A stretch of DNA of 64,000 nt, taken from an uncultured Clostridia bacterium. GTDB taxonomy: Bacteria > Bacillota > Clostridia > Christensenellales > UBA1242. Both the position numbers and the translations under genes were made by a program. This document shows, in pieces, positions 1 through 8,678 of this stretch (position 1 is its first letter; each line of letters begins with the position of its first letter). The notes beneath the pieces are model-generated. The model was not told where the DNA came from. It ran no database searches and saw only the letters and a program-made list of their open reading frames with translations. The stretch lies in assembly GCA_944383385.1 (NCBI GenBank), contig CALWPI010000001.1:10170-74169 (forward strand), read 5' to 3'.

Positions 1-1470
1 AACGTCAATGATGACATAAAATACAAAATTGATAAGGCATACAAATTACTTGCCGAATTTCGAGATTATGTGGCAAAAAATAGTGTGAGTCAACTAATAG
101 AGTATATTGTTGACTCGTTTGATATTGAGAATTTGTGTAAAACATTGCCAAACGGTGCGATTAGTTTTGACAACGTGCAACAACTTATCAAGTTTATAAA
201 AACTGGTAACGACAAAAATATTTTCAAGACATTGTCATATCTTGATATTTTGAAAGACGGAGAAAAAATTTCAACGACTATTACTACTGCACCAGATGCT
301 GTGCAAGTCATAACAATGCATGGCAGCAAAGGACTTGAATGGCCTGTTGTCATAGTGCCATTTTTGACGACAAAAAAGAAAGAAGATGATGAGTCAAAAG
401 TACTGTTGACAGATGAGTTTGGAATAGGACTAAAATATCGTAATTTTGAAGAAAAAACAATAATCAATTCGCTAGCATATGGAGCAAGTAAAATGCAGAA
501 AAATATTACTGAATATGCTGAGAGTATTAGACTATTGTATGTCGCGTTGACTCGTGCTAAAAATTTCTTGTATCTTATTGGCAGTTACAAAGTAGAAAAT
601 ATTTGGAAGGATGTGACAAAACCTACATATCAATACAAAGATTATTTAACTATGATTTTGTCAACTATGGATAGCAAAGTTTTGAAAAATCTATCAAGTA
701 GAATTGGCTGTACAATCAAATATCAACATGCGACATTGAATATCAATATTGATGATTGTGATAATGCAGAAAACGAAAGTAAAGCGCCTACTTTTGAAGA
801 AAAATATGACGAAAAAGTTGTAGACAAAATAATAAAAGTACAAAATTTTGCTTATCCATATAGCGATGAACAAAATATTACTATCAAAAATTCCGTTACA
901 AGCATCTTAAAAGAAAATGAAGATTATGAAAATGTACTTTATGTACCAAAGACTTTTGATATCAAAAATGGACAACAAGATAGGGTAGACGCAAGCACCT
1001 TTGGTACTGCATATCACAAAGTTATGCAACTCGCATTAAATAATCCTGACGAAAGCATAGAAAACATATTAGAAAAGGCCAAAAAAGATAAAAATATCAA
1101 AGAAGTCGTTGGACAATTAGATATAAATAATATCGAAAAAACCAAACGGGATATTATGGCAATAGTTGGTAATAATCAAGTAATAAGTGAAGCGCAATTT
1201 ATGATGAAAGCACGCCACTGTGATATTGCGCCTAATAGCACAAGCGATGCAAAAATTTTGGTGCAAGGTGTAGTTGACTTGATTGTTTTGAGTCCACAAG
1301 GAGCAATCATTGTTGACTACAAAACCAATAAAAAATCAATTGAACAATTAAAAAAAATGTATAAGTTGCAATTAGATTTATATGCAAAGGCCGTCCAAGA
1401 CGGATTAAAAGTGCCAGTTGTCAAAAAATATCTTTACTCGACATACAATAGTAAACTTGTAGAATTGTAA
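1..1470 (+). CDS. addA: AddA/RexA-type ATP-dependent helicase-nuclease subunit A, C-terminal part (5' end lies upstream of the window)
   Basis: Frame 1 is open from nt 1; the ORF track only starts at the first Met (nt 70). UvrD-family C-terminal motifs VITMHGSKGLEWPVV and RLLYVALTRAK are followed by RecB-type PD-(D/E)XK nuclease motifs GTAYHKVMQ, VVDLIV, DYKTNK and QLDLYAKA. Confidence 0.85.
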   Translation, partial: NVNDDIKYKIDKAYKLLAEFRDYVAKNSVSQLIEYIVDSFDIENLCKTLPNGAISFDNVQQLIKFIKTGNDKNIFKTLSYLDILKDGEKISTTITTAPDAVQVITMHGSKGLEWPVVIVPFLTTKKKEDDESKVLLTDEFGIGLKYRNFEEKTIINSLAYGASKMQKNITEYAESIRLLYVALTRAKNFLYLIGSYKVENIWKDVTKPTYQYKDYLTMILSTMDSKVLKNLSSRIGCTIKYQHATLNINIDDCDNAENESKAPTFEEKYDEKVVDKIIKVQNFAYPYSDEQNITIKNSVTSILKENEDYENVLYVPKTFDIKNGQQDRVDASTFGTAYHKVMQLALNNPDESIENILEKAKKDKNIKEVVGQLDINNIEKTKRDIMAIVGNNQVISEAQFMMKARHCDIAPNSTSDAKILVQGVVDLIVLSPQGAIIVDYKTNKKSIEQLKKMYKLQLDLYAKAVQDGLKVPVVKKYLYSTYNSKLVEL

Positions 1471-1567
1471 AAAATTGTGCCAATTTGTTAGTAATATAAA
1501 TGCTTTTGTGTTATACTACAATTAATCTTATAGGTAGAATAAAAGGTAAATAAAAGGGGAGAGAATA

Positions 1568-3733
1568 ATGAATGTTATTGAAGCCTTAATCACGTTTTTT
1601 AAGCAAATGGGCGAAAAATCTTGGGAGTATCAATTGTATGCTGCTGCTGGCATTTTGGTGCTCTTGTTACTTATCAGTCTCATTAGGTCTAACAGTTCTT
1701 ACGAAGTGAGATTGTTAAGGTCTGTTAATAGATTAAATAGGTTCTTTGCGAAGAATCCTAATGTTACAGCAGATAACTTGGTCGAACTAAACAATATGAT
1801 GAAAAGTGTTCCTAGTACGCTTCGTTATTGTTGGCAAGAATATTTGCTAAATCGTGACAAATTGCCAAGCGAATATATGAGTGCAAGAGAATGTGTTGAC
1901 CAACCTAGCAAAACTAGTAGTTATATGAACGCAACTAGTCATCTAAAATTATTCACAGTGGTTTCTAGTTTGCTATTATCACTTTTGAGTTTTGGTGCAG
2001 TTGCAGCAAAGGGGACAAGCACATTTGAGATTATGATTTCTGGCATTACTGTTCCTGCACTGCTTCTTGTATTTGGGTTGTTGTTTGTTGCCTTCATGGA
2101 GTCTAGACATACTGCCTTGATTGCTGATTTGTACTATTCTTATCATGAGTTTGAAAGAAATATAAACAAAGCATGTGGCACTTTGCCAGAATATATTGAT
2201 TATGAAATTCTCTTTACTAAGAAAGAAATCAAGCAAGGCATACCAGTCCTTCAAGAATATTTGGAAAAAATGGCTCTTCTCGAACAAAAGAAAAAGGAAG
2301 AAGAGGCATATACTTCATACGAATATGAACAATATGATTTTGAAAAATTGGGAGTTGACAATTCCTTACTTCTTGACCGTGCAATGCTTGAAAGCGAAAA
2401 ATATATTAATGTCAAAAGAAATCTAACTGACCGTATAAAAGCAAAAGAAGAAGAAAAAGCAAATTATCAAAAACAATTTGATGAAGTCACAAGAGAGTAT
2501 GAGAAAAAGACTCAAACAAGTAAGGAAACACTCAATCAGTTGTCAGAGCAAATGAGTAATACAACTGTCAAAATTGAGGCAAATTTCTTACGAAACAAAT
2601 ATGATACAGAACATCAAAAATTGCAACAATTGACTCGTGACTACGAAATGGCTCAATCACGTTTCCAACAAGAACAAGACCAATTCCAAGCAGAGATTGA
2701 TAGATACAATCAAGATATTGCAAAGAGAAAGGCAGCCGTTGAAGAGGCAATGATTGCAGAGTGCAAAAATTATGTCAACAAAGTTTACGGCAAGGTGACA
2801 GAAACCGTCGTTAGAGAGACAGAACCAGTCATGAAAGAACTTGAAGACAAAAAGATTGCACTAGAAGAAACTGTTGCAAAACTAGAAACAGATGTCGCAG
2901 ATAAGACTGCACAACAAGCACAAGCGCAAGAAAAACTTGAAACTCTTGAAAAAGAATATCAAACAAAAGTCGCAGAAATTGAAGGACTCAAACAAGTACG
3001 TGAATATTTCACATCATCTGAATTTATTAGTGCTGTCAAAGCAGGTAGAAAAGAAAAGGGTGAAGTTGTTGTCGATAGTAGTGCGAATAGTATGTCTGTT
3101 GAAGATAATGAAAAACTAATTGCTGCCATGAAACAACACGAAGAACTTGTACTAGAAAACGAAAAATTGAAGACAATGAATAATGAACTCAGCGAAGCAA
3201 ATGAAAAATTGTCAAATAGAAGTAGAGAGTTGTCTACCGAAATCAATAGTATGTATAAGACACAAAGTGAGTTGCAAGAAGAAAACAACAAGCTACAAAA
3301 AGAATATGCAAGCCTGTCGGAATCAATTTCTGACACAATTTCTGCATTAGCAGAAGGACAAGAAAAATTGGTTGCTATTACCGAGGCGCAAGTCGAAGCA
3401 GAAAATAAGGCTAAAACAACTGCTAAAAAGAGCACTGCAACCAAGAGTACAAAAACTAATAAGACGCCAAACACAGAAGTAAAAGAAGAACTAAAAGATA
3501 ATGCTATGAATGCGTACAACGAAGTTGATTCATTGAAAAAGTCATTGTCAAAACTCAAAAACACTGTTGATAAAGTAAAAGCGAATACATCAAGTCCTTT
3601 GACAGTTACAAGAAAAGCACGTGTCAAAGTGCAAACAAAAGCAAGCGCGCGTGAAAATCAAAATGAAGAAATTGACAAGAAACTAAAAAACATCGTGGCA
3701 AACAAAAACGGCGTTGATACAGAAAATAAATAA
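1568..3733 (+). CDS. Membrane protein of unknown function: three N-terminal TM helices, about 540 aa of coiled coil, and a K/T-rich tail
   Basis: GGGGAG SD before ATG 1568. Hydrophobic segments are AAAGILVLLLLISLI, LFTVVSSLLLSLLSFGAVAA and ITVPALLLVFGLLFVAFM. A long E/K/Q-rich heptad-like sequence follows, then AKTTAKKSTATKSTKTNKT near the C-terminus. An intrinsic terminator lies downstream. Confidence 0.7.
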   Translation: MNVIEALITFFKQMGEKSWEYQLYAAAGILVLLLLISLIRSNSSYEVRLLRSVNRLNRFFAKNPNVTADNLVELNNMMKSVPSTLRYCWQEYLLNRDKLPSEYMSARECVDQPSKTSSYMNATSHLKLFTVVSSLLLSLLSFGAVAAKGTSTFEIMISGITVPALLLVFGLLFVAFMESRHTALIADLYYSYHEFERNINKACGTLPEYIDYEILFTKKEIKQGIPVLQEYLEKMALLEQKKKEEEAYTSYEYEQYDFEKLGVDNSLLLDRAMLESEKYINVKRNLTDRIKAKEEEKANYQKQFDEVTREYEKKTQTSKETLNQLSEQMSNTTVKIEANFLRNKYDTEHQKLQQLTRDYEMAQSRFQQEQDQFQAEIDRYNQDIAKRKAAVEEAMIAECKNYVNKVYGKVTETVVRETEPVMKELEDKKIALEETVAKLETDVADKTAQQAQAQEKLETLEKEYQTKVAEIEGLKQVREYFTSSEFISAVKAGRKEKGEVVVDSSANSMSVEDNEKLIAAMKQHEELVLENEKLKTMNNELSEANEKLSNRSRELSTEINSMYKTQSELQEENNKLQKEYASLSESISDTISALAEGQEKLVAITEAQVEAENKAKTTAKKSTATKSTKTNKTPNTEVKEELKDNAMNAYNEVDSLKKSLSKLKNTVDKVKANTSSPLTVTRKARVKVQTKASARENQNEEIDKKLKNIVANKNGVDTENK

Positions 3734-3743
3734 ATTTTGTAAA

Positions 3744-3775
3744 GAAAAAAACTACACGTTTGTGTAGTTTTTTTG
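3744..3775. terminator. Bidirectional intrinsic terminator between convergent genes
   Basis: The hairpin actacac-gttt-gtgtagt has an A-run on its 5' side and a T-run on its 3' side. Confidence 0.75.
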
Positions 3776-3791
3776 TGTATAACGATTAATT

Positions 3792-4982
3792 TTATTTGGT
3801 GGTTTCTTTTCTTTTTTCTAATATCTCTTCATACAATTTAGCAACATTTTTACCATAATTTTCAATGCTATATTTATCAACAGAATTTTCTGCATTTTTC
3901 TTTAATGTAGTCATAAGTTGTTTATCTGTTAGCATTTTTGTTAGTTTTTGGTCAAAGTCTTCTGCATTTTCATAAAAATATCCGTTATAACCGTCAATTA
4001 TTGTTTGGTCCAAATTATAGTCATACCTTGCAAGGACAGGCACTGAACTAGCAAGTGCTTCTATAAATGTTAGTCCTTGTGTCTCAGATTGAGATGCATT
4101 TACAAATACATCAGCAATTTGATAGTATTTGTTGACCATATCCCATGGCCTTGAACCTGCAAAGATGACTTTGTCTTTGATATTCAATTTTTGTGTTAAA
4201 TTTTCAAGTTCTTTTTGTGCTGGACCTTCACCAACTAATACAAATACAATGTTTGAATTGTCACGCATTTTAGCAAAATTTTCAAGCAATAAATCTATTG
4301 ATTTCTCTTTACAAAGTCTACCTAAAAACAATATTATTTTTTTATCTTTGACTCCTAGTTCTTCTTTTAATTTGTCAATATCTTTTTTGTCAAAATTTGT
4401 TCTTTTGAAACGTGACAAATCAAGCCCCGTTGGAATTATTGTAAGGGAACGAGTGACATTATGATGGTCAAACATACTTTGCACCTTTTTGTGTGGGATA
4501 ATTACTGCGTCAGCATTGTCACTGAATTTATGTAAATTATGGCGCACAAATGCATTATAAGGCGTTCTAAATAGCCATTGTGCGTGTTTGAATACGTGAT
4601 GCATAAATTCATCATACATAGAGTGCATGGTGTACACATATGGAATATGTAGTTTTTTTGCCATTTTTAGTCCTAAATTCCCAACAGCAAATTCTGTATG
4701 AATATGTATTATATCAAGGTTCAAACTCTTTATTATTTTTTGATAACTGCCGTCAAACACAAACCATTTGTAATCAGTTAGTGATGGTATAGGGTAGGTG
4801 TGTCCAGCTAGTCTAATAACATTATGTTCAGGCAAAGGATGTTTGTCATATTTTTCGCTCTCCATAGTAATAACAAACACTTCGTGTCCTAATTTTTCTA
4901 ATCCATCTTTTAGCATAGCAACGCTAGTAGCAACACCATTTACATGAGGCAAATATGGGTCGCTAAATAATCCAATTCTCAT
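3792..4982 (-). CDS. GT4-family glycosyltransferase, resembling glucosyl-diacylglycerol synthases
   Basis: The N-terminus MRIGLFSDPYLPHVNGVATSV is typical of GT4 lipid glycosyltransferases. The C-terminal half carries the E-x7-E-like region SQSETQGLTFIEALASSVPV. Confidence 0.75.
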   Translation of the reverse strand: MRIGLFSDPYLPHVNGVATSVAMLKDGLEKLGHEVFVITMESEKYDKHPLPEHNVIRLAGHTYPIPSLTDYKWFVFDGSYQKIIKSLNLDIIHIHTEFAVGNLGLKMAKKLHIPYVYTMHSMYDEFMHHVFKHAQWLFRTPYNAFVRHNLHKFSDNADAVIIPHKKVQSMFDHHNVTRSLTIIPTGLDLSRFKRTNFDKKDIDKLKEELGVKDKKIILFLGRLCKEKSIDLLLENFAKMRDNSNIVFVLVGEGPAQKELENLTQKLNIKDKVIFAGSRPWDMVNKYYQIADVFVNASQSETQGLTFIEALASSVPVLARYDYNLDQTIIDGYNGYFYENAEDFDQKLTKMLTDKQLMTTLKKNAENSVDKYSIENYGKNVAKLYEEILEKRKETTK

Positions 4983-5060
4983 AAAAACTCCTTAGTACCC
5001 AATTAGTTTAGCATACTAATATTTTTATTCAAACTAAAAGTTATTATCTTTGCAAATTAA

Positions 5061-5792
5061 TTATGATTTGACGCTATATTCGGTCAGTTCTTTTAATTTG
5101 CCGTACATACGTGCAGTTTTGATGATATTTTGTGTTATTCGTTGATTTTGTCTGGCAATTATTTCGCCGTTTTGAGTTGTTATATTTTTTGTAATCAATC
5201 TATCTAGCAATATATTGCTGTTTATTATTGCTTTGTTTGGAGTTTTTGTAATAGGCAATGGGTTTACGGGTTGGATTGCAATTTTTTGTGGTATTTGGAC
5301 AACAATATCACTTTGTGGGGTTTCAATCTTTTTAGGTGGACTAAATTTTGCTAATGTTTCCTTGCCGTTTTTTAAGAGCAACAAATGTGCGTTGAAACAC
5401 ACAATATTTGATTTATCAAAAGTAGAGTTTTTGCTGACATAATACTCTACATTAAATTTGTCATCTAACAATATGTCATTCAACACACCAAAATGACTGC
5501 CCGTGGTATCAAATATCTCGTCACAAATAGGATTGTAATATCCAAGTAGTTCAAGCTCCATTTCGTCTTTTAGTCTAATGCATGTGTCGTTTTTGATACA
5601 TAATGCGTTTGATATATTGTATACATATTTTAGATTGATTACTTTTTCTACAAAGTCTTCTTCGTTTTGCAGTATTAAGTATTTTGCTCTTTGTCTTTTG
5701 CTATCAAACAAAATATTCGTAATTGTTCCTTCGAATTTCAAATTGTATAATGATATTACTTTTTTGCCAATTAGTTCGGATAATTGTATCAT
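5061..5792 (-). CDS. PRC-barrel domain protein (two PRC-like units), function unknown
   Basis: The N-terminus LSELIGKKVISLYNLKFEGTITNILFDSKRQRAKYLIL matches the PRC-barrel pattern. A second similar unit lies around FDTTGSHFGVLNDILLDD. Confidence 0.45.
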   Translation of the reverse strand: MIQLSELIGKKVISLYNLKFEGTITNILFDSKRQRAKYLILQNEEDFVEKVINLKYVYNISNALCIKNDTCIRLKDEMELELLGYYNPICDEIFDTTGSHFGVLNDILLDDKFNVEYYVSKNSTFDKSNIVCFNAHLLLLKNGKETLAKFSPPKKIETPQSDIVVQIPQKIAIQPVNPLPITKTPNKAIINSNILLDRLITKNITTQNGEIIARQNQRITQNIIKTARMYGKLKELTEYSVKS

Positions 5793-5965
5793 ATCTGCCT
5801 CCGTGTCTAGTCTATGTATATGAAAAAATATTCTTCATTAGTCTAATATGACTAAAAATTTTTAATATTTTTTTGTATATAATTGACATTTTACAATAAT
5901 TTTGTTTGTTTGATATTATTTGCTAATTATTTTTATGTTATGATATACTTAAATTAGGAGCAATT

Positions 5966-7045
5966 ATGGGATTTTTTGCAAAGATTAAGAATATGTTTTT
6001 GTCAACTATCACAGTTTCGCCTAAAATGACTGACGAATTTATTTTTGCTCACACTTATAAAAAAACGAAATATAAAGTCAACAAACACATCGAAGTGCCT
6101 GTTGATTGGTGTGCAGTCTTTGTATGTGGGGAGAGAGCGTGTGACATTTTGGAGACTGGCTCACATATTTTGAATTTTAATACCATTCCAAACACATTCA
6201 ATAAAAACAAAATGGACAAAGTTGGTAAAAATGGCAAAACAAAGAAAAAATTTTCGGCAGATATATACTTTGTCAATATGAAAAAATTTCGAAATATTGA
6301 ATTTATTACTGGAAGAAAATTTGTTATCAAGACTATGCAATTTGGCAAGGTAAAGGGTTATGTTGAAGGGTGCCTTACAATGCGCATGCTTGATATTGAG
6401 ACATTTTTTAGACTGATTTTGATGGAAGTGCCATATATAAAAAACGGTTATGCACAAAGATTTGTTATGGGTCTTGTTGGGGAGACAATCAATACATTTA
6501 TGACAGTCTCCAAAATGGATTTTGGTGATATGCTTGTAAAACACAGAGAGTTTGTCCAAACTCTTAGTGAATATGTTGCCCCACGTCTTGAAGAATGTGG
6601 TATTGAGATATCTAATCTTGATATTACAAGCATTGATTTGCCAAAAAAGACGCAATTATTAGTCAACGACTATATTACAAAATACAAAGAAAGTGATGTT
6701 GCTATGACAGAATTTGATTTGCTAATACCTGCTCAACATGATGTGGTACAACAATTAGATGAAAATATTGCTTCAAGTATTGAAAATTATAGCAGTGACG
6801 AGGTTATAAACCAACCGTCATTTGAAAAAGAAAATGAAGATACGGGAGCAGATGACATAGTATTAAGAAGACGTGGTGCTAGTGTCGATACAGTTCAAGT
6901 CGACAACAAATATAATGTGAGCAAAGTTGATGTTGGTCAAGCATTTAGTAGCACAGAAAATCAAAAGAAACAGTGCAAATATTGTGACCAAATGATACCC
7001 GTTGAGAGTAAATTTTGTCCATATTGCGGATTTAGACAGGAGTAA
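5966..7045 (+). CDS. SPFH/band-7 family protein with C-terminal zinc ribbon (YdjI-like, COG4260-type)
   Basis: AGGAG SD. The N-terminus MGFFAKIKNMF and the motif IYFVNMKKFRN resemble B. subtilis YdjI. The C-terminal ribbon is CKYCDQMIPVESKFCPYCG. Confidence 0.6.
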   Translation: MGFFAKIKNMFLSTITVSPKMTDEFIFAHTYKKTKYKVNKHIEVPVDWCAVFVCGERACDILETGSHILNFNTIPNTFNKNKMDKVGKNGKTKKKFSADIYFVNMKKFRNIEFITGRKFVIKTMQFGKVKGYVEGCLTMRMLDIETFFRLILMEVPYIKNGYAQRFVMGLVGETINTFMTVSKMDFGDMLVKHREFVQTLSEYVAPRLEECGIEISNLDITSIDLPKKTQLLVNDYITKYKESDVAMTEFDLLIPAQHDVVQQLDENIASSIENYSSDEVINQPSFEKENEDTGADDIVLRRRGASVDTVQVDNKYNVSKVDVGQAFSSTENQKKQCKYCDQMIPVESKFCPYCGFRQE

Positions 7046-7050
7046 TTATT

Positions 7051-7290
7051 ATGAAGAAAAAAGAAGTAAAACTTGCAAATAACAAAATATATAAAACTAT
7101 TACTAAAAATATGACGCTTGGTGAAGTATTGAAATTGTCACCAAAAACACAAAATGTATTTATAGGATTTGGAATGCATTGTTTTTCTTGTCCATTGAGT
7201 CAAATGGAAACATTAGAAGAGGCAAGCTATGTGCACCAAATTGATTTAGATTTGTTATTGCAAAAATTAAATGAAGCAATAAAAAAATAA
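7051..7290 (+). CDS. DUF1858-type small redox-disulfide protein (family associated with hybrid-cluster proteins)
   Basis: MTLGEVLKLSPKTQNVFIGFGMHCFSCPLSQMETLEEA carries the CxxC-type motif typical of DUF1858. The gene starts 5 nt after the previous stop, behind an AGGAG SD. Confidence 0.6.
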   Translation: MKKKEVKLANNKIYKTITKNMTLGEVLKLSPKTQNVFIGFGMHCFSCPLSQMETLEEASYVHQIDLDLLLQKLNEAIKK

Positions 7291-7316
7291 AAGGGGGAGG
7301 GCCCCTCTTTTATTTG
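7291..7316 (+). terminator. Intrinsic terminator of the SPFH-DUF1858 unit
   Basis: GC-rich hairpin ggggg-aggg-cccct followed by cttttattt. Confidence 0.65.
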
Positions 7317-7352
7317 TGTGTACGCGCGCTCGTGTGTACATGCGTGCGCGTA
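7315..7352. repeat. GC-rich alternating purine-pyrimidine (TG/CG) tract
   Basis: tgtgtgtacgcgcgc t cgtgtgtacatgcgtgcgcgta gives 15 nt plus 22 nt of strict Y-R alternation with one phase break. It contains gtgtgtac twice. Confidence 0.9.
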
Positions 7353-7382
7353 ACAATAATAATATTGCAAAGATTGCAAAAT

Positions 7383-7425
7383 TTTGTCAAAAAAATATTT
7401 TGAAATTTGTCAAAAAAATTATTTT
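7383..7425. repeat. Tandem direct repeat tttgtcaaaaaaat(t)atttt x2 (23-bp period), upstream of the S10 promoter
   Basis: Direct reading: unit 1 is 7383-7401 and unit 2 is 7406-7425. A second tandem pair, attgcaaa(g/a), lies just upstream at 7365-7380. Confidence 0.85.
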
Positions 7426-7455
7426 CAAATAAAATAAAAAACGCACAAAAATGTA

Positions 7456-7484
7456 TTGACAAAGACTTTTTTTTTAGATAAAAT
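7456..7484 (+). promoter_or_regulatory. Sigma-A-type promoter of the S10 operon
   Basis: TTGACA (7456-7461), a 17-nt spacer containing T9, then TAAAAT (7479-7484). Confidence 0.6.
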
Positions 7485-7698
7485 ATAAGTGCTGTAATAT
7501 GGGGTGATAGGCAAAGTTGCCTTAATTAAGCCAAAAATTGAGGGTAATTTGTCTTGACAAGAGTCCATACAAAGAGCGTGGACGACCTAAAACATTGCAT
7601 ATTTTTTTTGAATTACAGCGCGAACACACGGCTACGTGTACTTATATATAGTAATATGCAACATTGTTTTAGAGAAAAGTTTGTAAAAGGAGAAACTA

Positions 7699-8006
7699 TG
7701 GCAACACAAAAAATCAGAGTAAAGTTAACCGCTTACGATCACAACTTGATCGATTTAGCAAGCAAGAGAATTGTGGACACTGCTATCAAATTTGGAGCAA
7801 AGGTCAGTGGTCCAATACCTCTACCAACAGACAAAGAGGTTGTAACAATTCTAAGAGCAGTTCACAAAGACAAAGACAGTCGTGAACAGTTCGAACAAAG
7901 AACACACAAGAGATTGATTGACATTTATAGCCCAAGTGCAAAAGCTGTGGACGCTCTAACAAAATTAGAGTTACCAGCAGGTGTCAGTATCAACATCAAA
8001 TTGTAA
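7699..8006 (+). CDS. rpsJ: 30S ribosomal protein S10 (uS10)
   Basis: The track ORF 7554..8006 is over-extended. An aaaggaga SD precedes ATG 7699, and the product begins [15 protein letters not shown]. Confidence 0.95.
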
Positions 8007-8024
8007 TAGGGAAAGGAGAAAAAT

Positions 8025-8657
8025 ATGAAGAAGGCAATATTAGGTAAAAAACTCGGTATGACTCAAGTCTTCACAAATGAAGGATTGGTTGTCCCTGTTA
8101 CTGTTATTGAAGCAGGTCCTTGCTATGTAGCACAAGTCAAGACTGCTGAAAAAGATGGTTACAGTGCTGTTCAACTAGCATTTGGTGAAATAAGACAGTC
8201 ATTACTAAACAATGCAAAACTTGGTTTATTCAAAAAAACCAATATCGAACCAAAGAAATACGTTCGTGAATTTAGACTCGACAATGCAGAATCTTACAAT
8301 GTTGGCGATAAAGTAGAATGTTCTGTATTTGAAGAGGGCGATGTAGTCGATATTACAGGTACATCAAAAGGCCACGGTACAAGTGGTACAATCAAAAAAT
8401 GGAATTTCCAAAGACACAGAATGAGTCACGGTAATGGTCCAAATCATAGACATCCAGGTTCTATCGGTGCAAATACATTCCCAGCAAAAGTATTCAAGGG
8501 AAAGAAAATGTACGGTAGATGGGGTAATGAAACCGTTACTATGCAAAATCTAAAAGTTATCAAAGTTGATTTAGATAGGAATTTGATTTTGGTCAAGGGT
8601 GCTGTCCCAGGAGCAAAAGGTTCATTAGTTCTTATCAAAGATGCAGTCAAGGCATAG
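8025..8657 (+). CDS. rplC: 50S ribosomal protein L3
   Basis: MKKAILGKKLGMTQVFTNEGLVVPVTVIE; canonical operon position. Confidence 0.97.
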   Translation: MKKAILGKKLGMTQVFTNEGLVVPVTVIEAGPCYVAQVKTAEKDGYSAVQLAFGEIRQSLLNNAKLGLFKKTNIEPKKYVREFRLDNAESYNVGDKVECSVFEEGDVVDITGTSKGHGTSGTIKKWNFQRHRMSHGNGPNHRHPGSIGANTFPAKVFKGKKMYGRWGNETVTMQNLKVIKVDLDRNLILVKGAVPGAKGSLVLIKDAVKA

Positions 8658-8678
8658 GAATAGGAGGAAATCATTGTT

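Noticed and set aside
2959-3627. 222-aa ORF on the - strand inside the 721-aa coiled-coil gene
   Set aside because: It is S/F/L-rich low complexity with no SD. It is the expected stop-free shadow frame opposite GAA/AAA/CAA-rich coiled-coil coding sequence.
7554-7698. N-terminal 48-aa extension of the S10 ORF in the track (start at 7554)
   Set aside because: It uses a TTG start without an SD, whereas a strong AAAGGAGA SD precedes ATG 7699, which gives the canonical [11 protein letters not shown]-terminus. The upstream part is treated as leader RNA.
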